From positions 124,001-188,000 of the IMG/VR virus record IMGVR_UViG_3300046804_003469: DNA of 64,000 nt. One strand, given 5' to 3'. Under the pieces are notes generated by a model that was not told the origin of the DNA, did not search any database, and was given only the letters and a program-made list of their open reading frames with translations. Numbering within the stretch: position 1 is the first letter of the stretch; each line of letters starts with the position of its first letter. Shown here piece by piece: positions 50,068-57,653 of this stretch. The position numbers and the translations under genes are program-made.

Positions 50068-50565
50068 ATGTCATATACAAAAGAACAAAGAATTGAGTAT
50101 AATAAAAAATACTATGAAAATAGGAGTGATGAGCAAAAAGAACTAAAACGCCTTGCTGATAGGGAATATTATTACAAAAATAAAGAAAAATGCAATAAAA
50201 GGCATTTAGAATATTATGAAACCAATAAAGAAAAACTAAAAAAACAGAATACTGAAAACAATAACAAAAGACGACAAAAACTAAAAGAGGAAGCAAAACA
50301 AAAACTTGGTGGAAAATGTGTATGGTGTGGAGCAACTGAAAACCTTGAATTTGACCATATAGACCCAGCACAAAAACAATTTACCATAAGTGCCTTTCCT
50401 TGCTCTCTTGAATTATGGTGGAAAGAGGTTGAAAAATGTCGCCTATTATGCAAAACCTGCCACAAAAAACATAGTGATGCTGAAATGGCAGCAAAACATC
50501 TTTATTGGGTAAATCTTTCTTTTGATGAACGACAAAAACTCATTCAGCAGCAACTTGACCAATAA
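50068..50565 (+). CDS. Free-standing HNH (homing) endonuclease
   Basis: CVWCG...LEFDHIDP...KCRLLCKTCHKKH, with a basic helical N-terminus of YYxKNKEK repeats. Confidence 0.88.
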   Translation: MSYTKEQRIEYNKKYYENRSDEQKELKRLADREYYYKNKEKCNKRHLEYYETNKEKLKKQNTENNNKRRQKLKEEAKQKLGGKCVWCGATENLEFDHIDPAQKQFTISAFPCSLELWWKEVEKCRLLCKTCHKKHSDAEMAAKHLYWVNLSFDERQKLIQQQLDQ

Positions 50566-50583
50566 CCTCAATCCTGATATAAT
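50555..50583 (+). promoter_or_regulatory. Sigma70-type promoter with extended -10
   Basis: TTGACC-17 nt-TATAAT, with TG-N preceding the -10. Confidence 0.8.
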
Positions 50584-50585
50584 TG

Positions 50586-50614
50586 GGGGAGGTAAAAAAT
50601 ACACCTTCCCTTTT
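50586..50614 (+). terminator. Possible terminator hairpin overlapping the predicted transcription start
   Basis: GGGGAGGT-N9-ACCTTCCC followed by TTTT. Confidence 0.45.
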
Positions 50615-50618
50615 CATT

Positions 50619-51119
50619 ATGGATAATAAAAACACTGATTACATTTCACTAAACAACCCTCAATATTTTATGGGTGGTGATGGTTGTAGTGACGATTATG
50701 CACATTTGAATTTAAGTAACTTGTATACTTATAATCTCAATAATGAAGATAAAATTGAAATTAAAAAAACTCCAGGTGAATCTTCCGCAACTATGAATGA
50801 GACTAAAAATCATCTTTGGAAATACAACGAAGACAAAATCTTGAAAGATATTCAGGATTATGTGACTAGCACTTATGGAAGTCACTATTGCGGACATCAA
50901 CAAGAATATCAAGGTGTCCAAACGATTGATTTGATGGCAGCAAAGGAACTTGCTTCAGATTTCTGTCAAGCAAATATTATTAAATACGGTTCTCGTTATG
51001 GTGATAAAGACGGACGTAGCAAGCGTGATTTGATGAAAGTCATTCACTATGCTATGCTTCTACTTCACTTCGATGGTCATTATTCACGCAAGGATAATGG
51101 TCTTACAGAATTCCGTTGA
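50619..51119 (+). CDS. DUF3310-like (putative nucleotide kinase family) protein
   Basis: KYNEDKIL...STYGSHY...QTIDL...FCQANIIKYGSRYGDKDG...DLMKVIHYA. ATG 50619 preferred over TTG 50583. Confidence 0.65.
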   Translation: MDNKNTDYISLNNPQYFMGGDGCSDDYAHLNLSNLYTYNLNNEDKIEIKKTPGESSATMNETKNHLWKYNEDKILKDIQDYVTSTYGSHYCGHQQEYQGVQTIDLMAAKELASDFCQANIIKYGSRYGDKDGRSKRDLMKVIHYAMLLLHFDGHYSRKDNGLTEFR

Positions 51120-51121
51120 TT

Positions 51122-51808
51122 ATGAAACTCAGACAAGATACTATGAAATTTTCTGATAAAACTTTAACTCTTCTTAAAAATTTTTCTTCGATTAATCAAT
51201 CAATTCTTTTTAAGAAGGGAAATTCGCTTCGCACCATTTCGGTAATGAAAAACATTCTTGCTGAAGCAACTATTGATGAAGATCTCCCTAAAGATTTTGG
51301 AATTTATGATTTAAACCAATTTCTAAATGGTCTTTCACTTCACAATGATGCTGAACTGGACTTTACAAATGACAAGTACACAATCATTAAAGAAGGTAAA
51401 AGTAGGTCGAAATACTTCTTTGCTGATCCAAATGTAATTGTAACTCCTCCCGATAAATCTATTGTTCTTCCTAGTGAAGATGTTTGCTTTCTTCTTGATA
51501 CTAAAGAATTAGATAAACTGAAAAAAGCATCAGCAGTTTATGAACTTGATGATCTTTCGGTAATCGGTGAAAATGGAGTTGTAAAACTTCTTGTTCGTGA
51601 TAAGAAGAATGAAACATCTAATGACTTCTCCGTAATTGTTGGTGAAACGGATGATACTTTTGTTTTTAACTTTAAAGTTGAAAATCTTAAGATTCTTCCT
51701 GGTTCTTATGAAGTAGTAATTTCTAAGCAACTTCTTTCTAGGTTCAAGAGTACTACCTATAGTGTAACGTATTACATCGCAATGGAACCAGACTCATCTT
51801 TCAACTGA
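51122..51808 (+). CDS. gp45: Sliding clamp gp45
   Basis: LLKNFSSINQSI, FGIYDLNQFL, YYIAMEPDS. Confidence 0.96.
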   Translation: MKLRQDTMKFSDKTLTLLKNFSSINQSILFKKGNSLRTISVMKNILAEATIDEDLPKDFGIYDLNQFLNGLSLHNDAELDFTNDKYTIIKEGKSRSKYFFADPNVIVTPPDKSIVLPSEDVCFLLDTKELDKLKKASAVYELDDLSVIGENGVVKLLVRDKKNETSNDFSVIVGETDDTFVFNFKVENLKILPGSYEVVISKQLLSRFKSTTYSVTYYIAMEPDSSFN

Positions 51809-51836
51809 TATACTAAGGATATCAACAACTTACATT

Positions 51837-52346
51837 ATGAACATCTTTGCCACTCATCCCTTTCCTGCTGAGTCTGCTATTTGTCTTCCCGATAAACATA
51901 TTGTTAAAATGCCACTTGAGTGCTGCCAAATGCTTTCCATTGTAGCATCCAAGTGGTATCATAATTATGGAGCAATTCATAAAGCAGATGGAAATCCTTA
52001 TGCAACTGAGAAAGGTGCATTCCGCAACCATCCATGTACTCAATGGGCATCACAAACAATTGATAATGCATATTGGTTGATTAAGTGGGGAATGAATTTA
52101 TGTGATGAATATGCTATTCGTTATGATAAGATTCATGCTTGTTATAACACTCTAGTTGAAGCATATTATTTGTTTCCTAAAGGTAAACTGGATAACGTAA
52201 CTCCTTTTGCTCGTGCGATGCCAGATGAGTATAAACTTGATGGCAGTATTGACACTTTTACTGCTTACAAGATGTATATCGCATCCAAACCTTGGGTTGC
52301 ATCTAATTATCTTCGTATGCCGCAACGAAAACCTGATTGGGTCTAA
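51837..52346 (+). CDS. Pyrimidine-dimer DNA glycosylase/DenV-like protein
   Basis: MNIF...DKHIVKMPLECCQMLS, NHPCTQW, AMPDEYK, AYKMY. Confidence 0.8.
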   Translation: MNIFATHPFPAESAICLPDKHIVKMPLECCQMLSIVASKWYHNYGAIHKADGNPYATEKGAFRNHPCTQWASQTIDNAYWLIKWGMNLCDEYAIRYDKIHACYNTLVEAYYLFPKGKLDNVTPFARAMPDEYKLDGSIDTFTAYKMYIASKPWVASNYLRMPQRKPDWV

Positions 52347-52349
52347 ATT

Positions 52350-52526
52350 ATGAAACTCTCTGATGATGAAGTTCTGTGGATTTCTGCTATACTTCATAAA
52401 TCTAAATCAAAAGTTCTTTCGGAATATCCTGAAGCACAATTGATTATGGATAAGATTTGTAACGAATCTGGAAAAATAGTTGCAAATAAAGCACGGAAAC
52501 TCTTAAAACTTGGTAAGTGGTCTTAA
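52350..52526 (+). CDS. 58-aa hypothetical protein (not in the ORF track)
   Basis: Hand translation: MKLSDDEVLWISAILHKSKSKVLSEYPEAQLIMDKICNESGKIVANKARKLLKLGKWS. Exactly fills the gap. Confidence 0.65.
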   Translation: MKLSDDEVLWISAILHKSKSKVLSEYPEAQLIMDKICNESGKIVANKARKLLKLGKWS

Positions 52527-52529
52527 ATT

Positions 52530-53474
52530 ATGACAAGTGAATTCTTATTCTGTGAGAAGTATCGTCCTCAAGTGATTGAAGATTGTATTCTCCCCGATGA
52601 TACTAAAAAAACATTCAAGGAGTTTGTAGAAAAAGGAGAGATTCCAAATCTTCTTCTTGCTGGTCCTCCTGGTATTGGTAAAACAACAATCGCAAAAGCA
52701 CTTTGCAATGAACTAGGAGCAGATTATTATGTTATCAATGGATCCGACGAAGGACGTTTCTTGGATACTGTACGAAACCAAGCAAAGAACTTTGCTTCGA
52801 CCGTCTCACTTACGGGATCTTCTAAACATAAAGTCATCATCATCGATGAGGCGGATAACACAGGAAACGACGTACAACTCCTTCTACGGGCGAATATTGA
52901 GACATTTTATAGCAACTGCAGATTCATCTTCACCTGCAACTATAAAAACAAAATTATTGAACCTCTTCACTCTCGATGTGCAGTCATCGACTTCACAATC
53001 AAGGGGAAACAAAAGGCACAACTTGCGGGATCATTTTTCAAGCGTCTCCAAATTATCTTGGATCAGGAAAAAATTGAATATGATCAAAAAGTCGTTGCAG
53101 AACTTGTATCCAAACATTTTCCTGATTTTCGACGTGTCCTCAACGAATGTCAACGATATTCTACAGGAGGAAAAATCGACTCAGGCATTCTTGCATCTTT
53201 CTCAGACGTTTCAGTAAATGATCTCATTAAACATCTCAAAACTAAAAACTTCACAGAAGTACGAAAGTGGGTGGTCTCCAACTTGGACAACGATCCTTCT
53301 ATCCTTTTTCGCAGGATTTATGACGCCTGTTATACTTGCCTTTCACCTCAAACTATTCCCGCTGCCATTCTTGTTATTGCTAAGTATCAATACCAATGTG
53401 CGTTCGTGGCTGATCAAGAAATTAACTTTTTAGCAGCATTGACTGAAATTATGTGTGAGTGTGAGTTTCTATGA
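52530..53474 (+). CDS. gp44: Clamp loader large subunit gp44
   Basis: EKYRP, GPPGIGKTT, IIDEAD, PLHSRC, FPDFRR. Confidence 0.97.
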   Translation: MTSEFLFCEKYRPQVIEDCILPDDTKKTFKEFVEKGEIPNLLLAGPPGIGKTTIAKALCNELGADYYVINGSDEGRFLDTVRNQAKNFASTVSLTGSSKHKVIIIDEADNTGNDVQLLLRANIETFYSNCRFIFTCNYKNKIIEPLHSRCAVIDFTIKGKQKAQLAGSFFKRLQIILDQEKIEYDQKVVAELVSKHFPDFRRVLNECQRYSTGGKIDSGILASFSDVSVNDLIKHLKTKNFTEVRKWVVSNLDNDPSILFRRIYDACYTCLSPQTIPAAILVIAKYQYQCAFVADQEINFLAALTEIMCECEFL

Positions 53475-53686
53475 ATCCTTATAAAATAGATCGCTCAAAA
53501 CTATATGAGCATCCAGTTAAGACTACTCCCGAAAATGTGAAAGAGGCAAATGAAGGTCTTTTTCGTGCTAAAATGACTCTTCCTGCTGCTGCAAAACATT
53601 GTGGTATGACGCAGAAAGAAATGAAACTCACCTTTTTTGAATACCTAAAGTATAACAAACCTGATTATGAAAACAAAGGTCACTAA
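53471..53686 (+). CDS. 71-aa putative helix-turn-helix protein
   Basis: MTLPAAAKHCGMTQKEMK HTH-like pattern; ATGA overlap with gp44. Confidence 0.65.
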   Translation: MNPYKIDRSKLYEHPVKTTPENVKEANEGLFRAKMTLPAAAKHCGMTQKEMKLTFFEYLKYNKPDYENKGH

Positions 53687-54221
53687 ACCTCACAAAAAAA
53701 ATTGGAAGGCATATTGTGAAACTGCCTTTAATAATTGTAAAGGTAGTTTGTATAACTGGGGGAAACCAGATTATTTTAGACCAATTACTCGCACCTTCTA
53801 CATTAATGTATTTGATTGTGCTGGAGCAAATCATACTGGTCTTATTAGTAAAGATGCGATTGATAGTCCTAAAGATAGAACACTTGATCACTGTCTTTCG
53901 CCGCAGTTTATTGGTAGGATGATTATGGATAATCCAGAAAAGTTTTTGAATGATTATGAAACATTTGAAAATCTTTTTTGGTTGGCATGTTCTACAATCA
54001 CAGTAACTAAAAAAGAAAATACAGCATTGAGTTTATTGACTATCAATGATGGTTATGAATATAAAGTTTCTGTTCCAACAAACTTGAAATATAATCATCT
54101 TGGAATTCAACTGTATATGAAAGTTGGAAATCGCTGGAGGGATTCTGCTCCTGTAGAATCGAATATTATTGATGCTCCAGAAGAATTGTTGGAATATGAA
54201 AAAAACTTTTTAATTTTGTAA
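53667..54221 (+). CDS. 184-aa hypothetical protein, possible degenerate His-Me/HNH-like fold
   Basis: TLDHCLSPQ ... TITVTKKEN. Confidence 0.55.
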   Translation: MKTKVTKPHKKNWKAYCETAFNNCKGSLYNWGKPDYFRPITRTFYINVFDCAGANHTGLISKDAIDSPKDRTLDHCLSPQFIGRMIMDNPEKFLNDYETFENLFWLACSTITVTKKENTALSLLTINDGYEYKVSVPTNLKYNHLGIQLYMKVGNRWRDSAPVESNIIDAPEELLEYEKNFLIL

Positions 54222-55282
54222 TGTTATTAACCGAAGAGAATGCCATTTGGGCAGCAAATCAATTCATACAATATTATTCTGATTTTAATCGTATTGACGA
54301 TTATATGAGGTTTGTTAAAAAGAGTAGAATTGAAAATTCTGTTGGAAAATTATTTGGACCTCATGATGAAATCTTTTCAGATTTTTCTTTAGATCCAAAT
54401 AATATGTCATTTGCAATTCATGAAGTTGACACAAGTTCAAAACCAAAATCAAAGTATAACCAAGAATTATACTCTGAAATTTTGAACATGACTGCATCAA
54501 ATGCTATTGAAGAAGCAATTCCAGGTAGAACTATTAAATGGATTGTTACTGAAGAAACAACTAAAAAAATTGTCGGAGTTGTTCGTTTTGGGTCTCCTAC
54601 AATTAACTCAAAACCAAGAAATGATTATTTTGGTGAAGTTCTTCCTCTTTCCACAATTAATCAGCAGTTTGTAATGGGATTTAACATTGTTCCCGTCCAA
54701 CCATTTGGATATAATTATCTTGGCGGAAAACTTCTTGCTCTTTTAGCATCATCAAATTATCTTAAAAGACAATTTGATTTGAAGTATGGAACTGATCTTC
54801 AGTATTTTGAAACTACTTCATTGTATGGAACAACAAAAGGTGTATCCATGTATGATGGTCTTAAACCTTACATCAAACATATTGGAGATACTGAAAGCAA
54901 ATTTCTTCCTTTGTTTCATGATGATTATTTTAGAGATTTATTCTGGTGGTTTAATAATAATGCTAATGGCGGAGAAAGATTAATCTCTGCAGATAAGTCT
55001 TCTAAAAAATTAAAAATACAAGTGAAAATGATTTCAATTATTCGCCATTCTCTTAAGGACGAAAATAAATTAAATGAGTTTAATGCGTGTATTGAAAAAG
55101 CAAAATCATTAACTGAAAAGAAAAGATACTATCTTTCAAAATTTGGTTATGAACCAGAAGATGTTATTGCTTGGTGGAAAGTTAAGGCATCTAAAAGATA
55201 TAATAAATTAATTCTGGAGAATAAGTTAAGAACAAAAATTGAATTATGGGAACCTGGAGTTGATTTGGAGATTATTCGATGA
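54221..55282 (+). CDS. DUF4338 (Druantia DruA-related) family protein
   Basis: IPGRTIKWIV...VGVVRFGSPTINSKPRN, IVPVQPFGYNYLGGKLLALL, ETTSLYG...SMYDG. Confidence 0.7.
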   Translation: MLLTEENAIWAANQFIQYYSDFNRIDDYMRFVKKSRIENSVGKLFGPHDEIFSDFSLDPNNMSFAIHEVDTSSKPKSKYNQELYSEILNMTASNAIEEAIPGRTIKWIVTEETTKKIVGVVRFGSPTINSKPRNDYFGEVLPLSTINQQFVMGFNIVPVQPFGYNYLGGKLLALLASSNYLKRQFDLKYGTDLQYFETTSLYGTTKGVSMYDGLKPYIKHIGDTESKFLPLFHDDYFRDLFWWFNNNANGGERLISADKSSKKLKIQVKMISIIRHSLKDENKLNEFNACIEKAKSLTEKKRYYLSKFGYEPEDVIAWWKVKASKRYNKLILENKLRTKIELWEPGVDLEIIR

Positions 55283-55422
55283 AATGTGAAGTCCAACTCT
55301 ATGTTGCTGGTACGGTTTTTTATGAAACCGTAATTGCCAGAGATTATAAAGAAGCAAAGGAAGTTGCCCTTGCTCGTAATCCTAATGCTAAAGTAATTGC
55401 TGTCACTGCGAAGTTTAAATAA
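55279..55422 (+). CDS. 47-aa hypothetical protein (not in the ORF track)
   Basis: MKCEVQLYVAGTVFYETVIARDYKEAKEVALARNPNAKVIAVTAKFK. ATGA and TAATG overlaps on the two sides. Confidence 0.75.
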   Translation: MKCEVQLYVAGTVFYETVIARDYKEAKEVALARNPNAKVIAVTAKFK

Positions 55423-55802
55423 TGGAACTGAAAGATTGGTTGAATTCGATAAATCAAACAAAAGTAAATTTAATTGATGATGATTTATCTTTAGAAAAAG
55501 AATATGCTCCATTCATCATCAATAGGTGTCTTTCTGGTCATATTGATTGTATTATGTATGCAAATGAGATGAACAGGTATAATTTTTTGCCAAAAAAGAT
55601 GCAGTATGATTTTTTTATAAATAGTCTGAGGAAAAAAAAGAGATTCTCTCCTTGGCTCCGAAAAGATCAAATCAAAGACTTAGAATGTGTTAAACAATAC
55701 TATGGATATAGTAATGAAAAAGCACTACAATCTTTGAAGATTTTAAACAAAGAACAAATCAACTTTATTAAACAACGACTTGAAATTGGCGGAAAGAAAT
55801 GA
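55422..55802 (+). CDS. gp62: Clamp loader small subunit gp62
   Basis: YAPFIINRCLS, ANEMN, QYDFFINSLRKKKRFSPW, YYGYSNEKA. Confidence 0.93.
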   Translation: MELKDWLNSINQTKVNLIDDDLSLEKEYAPFIINRCLSGHIDCIMYANEMNRYNFLPKKMQYDFFINSLRKKKRFSPWLRKDQIKDLECVKQYYGYSNEKALQSLKILNKEQINFIKQRLEIGGKK

Positions 55803-56239
55803 CTAATCAAACTATTGAACCACAAGTAAATTGGTCTCCTGAGATGATGGTGGAAGTTATTCTGAATGAACCAGATGACTTTCTTAAAGTTCGTGAAACT
55901 TTGACTCGAATCGGAGTTGCATCGAGAAAGGAGAAAAAACTCTATCAGAGTTGCCACATTCTTCATAAGCAAGGTAGATATTATCTTGTTCACTTTAAGG
56001 AACTGTTTGCTCTGGATGGTAAACATGCAAACCTGACTGTGAATGATGTTCAGCGTCGCAATCGTATTACTCGCCTTCTTTCTGATTGGGGGTTAATTAC
56101 TGTTGTAAAAGAAGAATCTATTGCAGATATTGCTCCCCTCAATCAAATTAAAGTTCTTTCTTATAAAGATAAAGGTGATTGGATTTTAGAGCAAAAATAC
56201 AATATTGGTAAAAAAGGAAAAGGTCAGGAAACCGAATGA
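55799..56239 (+). CDS. regA: Translational repressor RegA
   Basis: DDFLKVRETLTRIGVAS, LYQSCHILHKQGRYYLVHFKELFALDG. Confidence 0.98.
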   Translation: MTNQTIEPQVNWSPEMMVEVILNEPDDFLKVRETLTRIGVASRKEKKLYQSCHILHKQGRYYLVHFKELFALDGKHANLTVNDVQRRNRITRLLSDWGLITVVKEESIADIAPLNQIKVLSYKDKGDWILEQKYNIGKKGKGQETE

Positions 56240-56245
56240 TTTTGT

Positions 56246-56270
56246 AGGGAGGTCAACACCTCCCTTTTTT
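56246..56270 (+). terminator. Intrinsic terminator after regA
   Basis: AGGGAGGT-CAAC-ACCTCCCT followed by a T run. Confidence 0.85.
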
Positions 56271-56290
56271 AATGAATTTTGATATATATT

Positions 56291-56379
56291 AGTGATGGGA
56301 TTGGAAATTCCACCCATACGCTAAAGCGGAGTCTTCGGATCCGTAAGTCAAAACACTCGCTTATTCAAGGAGAACTCAA
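56291..56379 (+). promoter_or_regulatory. Structured hsp20 5' leader, ROSE-like RNA thermometer candidate
   Basis: Three hairpins. The last pairs CTC-G-CTT with the SD AAGGAG and leaves a bulged G (UCGCU motif). Confidence 0.6.
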
Positions 56380-56826
56380 ATGTTTAACACTTCAGTTACC
56401 AAATACTATACATCTAATAATGGAATTGAAAAGTTGTTTCAAGATTTAGAAAAAAATTCAATTGGTATGGATGAATGGTTCCATAGAATTGGAACTCTCC
56501 ACGAATCATCTGCCAATTACCCTCCATATAATTTAATTAAAGAAAGTTCTACAGAGTTTACTTTAGAAATTGCTCTGGCAGGATATAAAAAAGAAGATAT
56601 TGAAGTGACAACAGAATGGAACAAACTTTTTGTAGAAGTTAAAAAAGCAAAGACTGAATATGAATATATGCATAATGGAATTGCTCGTAGAGCATTTACT
56701 AGAACATGGACTTTATCTGATGATGTAGTTGTTGGTGATGTTTCTTTTGTAGATGGATTACTCACTATTAAACTAAATAGAGTTATTCCAGATCATCAAA
56801 AGAAAAAAGTATATGATATCTTTTAA
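56380..56826 (+). CDS. hsp20: Small heat-shock protein Hsp20
   Basis: NYPPYNL, LEIALAGY, HNGIARRAFTRTWTL, DGLLTIKL alpha-crystallin motifs. Confidence 0.96.
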   Translation: MFNTSVTKYYTSNNGIEKLFQDLEKNSIGMDEWFHRIGTLHESSANYPPYNLIKESSTEFTLEIALAGYKKEDIEVTTEWNKLFVEVKKAKTEYEYMHNGIARRAFTRTWTLSDDVVVGDVSFVDGLLTIKLNRVIPDHQKKKVYDIF

Positions 56827-56971
56827 AGAGTTTATGGAAATCATTCAAGAAAAGGTTGGAGATTTTGGAAATCCACCTTTACCAACTCCAGTAAACTGTT
56901 ATGGAAAAACTGTGAAATATGCCATGGCTCCTGGAAAGAAAGTTTGTGCTTTTAAAAGAAAAAGAGAATAA
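56813..56971 (+). CDS. 52-aa late protein with CTS-like N-terminus (not in the ORF track)
   Basis: MISFKEFMEIIQEKVGDFGNPPLPTPVNCYGKTVKYAMAPGKKVCAFKRKRE. CTAAATA late-promoter variant at 56773-56779 inside hsp20. Confidence 0.55.
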   Translation: MISFKEFMEIIQEKVGDFGNPPLPTPVNCYGKTVKYAMAPGKKVCAFKRKRE

Positions 56972-56974
56972 ATA

Positions 56975-57044
56975 ATACGGGTTATCCAAATATCGTCGGC
57001 GCGGAGGGGAAACTGGCACAATCCAGTTGACTCCCCTCTTTTTT
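56975..57044 (+). ncRNA. Candidate ~65-nt small RNA between a late promoter (56967-56974) and a terminator-like hairpin
   Basis: No ORF. GAGGGGA-AACTGG-loop-CCAGTT-gac-TCCCCTC followed by T6. Confidence 0.35.
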
Positions 57045-57055
57045 CATGGTAAAAT
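57011..57055 (+). promoter_or_regulatory. Sigma70-type promoter embedded in the hairpin, with an upstream AACTGGCACA box
   Basis: TTGACT-17 nt-TAAAAT; box to -10 spacing is 30 nt. Confidence 0.7.
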
Positions 57056-57076
57056 TAAAAGAGGTATGAAATTCTT

Positions 57077-57418
57077 ATGACTATAAAACTTGCAATTTTA
57101 AAATCTGGGGAAAGTATAATTACTGATATTAAAGAAGGAATTGTAGATGATAAAGTAGTTGCTTACATTTTCAATAGTCCTTGTACAGTTTCTGTAAATG
57201 GAACATATAAAATTTTAGATGATAATGAAGATACTGCTGAGAAATTAAGTCTTAAATTGCAACCATGGCCTTATCTTTCTGTAGATAAAGTTGTAACTGT
57301 AGTTTTGGATTGGGTAATTACAATTGTTGAACCTAATCCAGAACTTAAAGAAATGTACGAAAAAGAGGTATTAAAAAATGGAACAACAGAACATCAAACT
57401 ACTGATACTGCACAATAA
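57077..57418 (+). CDS. Hypothetical protein, Sm-like fold candidate
   Basis: IKLAILKSGESIITDI...P...LQPW...VITIVEP. Confidence 0.75.
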   Translation: MTIKLAILKSGESIITDIKEGIVDDKVVAYIFNSPCTVSVNGTYKILDDNEDTAEKLSLKLQPWPYLSVDKVVTVVLDWVITIVEPNPELKEMYEKEVLKNGTTEHQTTDTAQ

Positions 57419-57653
57419 TGTTATTCTAATAACTCAAATTGAAGAAGTAGGTTCAGAACTTGGAGAACCTGATTGTAAATTAATTGAACCTTTTGTGGTC
57501 AACAAAAATGATCTAACAAACTCAATAATTCTTGAACCATGGTTAATTGATGTTACATCACAAAACACATACATGATTCATTCAGATAAAATTCTGACAA
57601 TCGCTGATCCTAAACCAACCCTCCTTGAAAAATACCAAAATTTGATTAAATGA
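57378..57653 (+). CDS. Hypothetical protein, paralogue of the preceding gene
   Basis: IKLLIL...LITQI...P...LEPW...ILTIADP. Confidence 0.75.
   Translation: MEQQNIKLLILHNNVILITQIEEVGSELGEPDCKLIEPFVVNKNDLTNSIILEPWLIDVTSQNTYMIHSDKILTIADPKPTLLEKYQNLIK

Noticed and set aside
51806-51814. TG-A-TATACT extended -10 before the DenV-like gene
   Set aside because: No -35 or upstream box at proper spacing; plausible but weak
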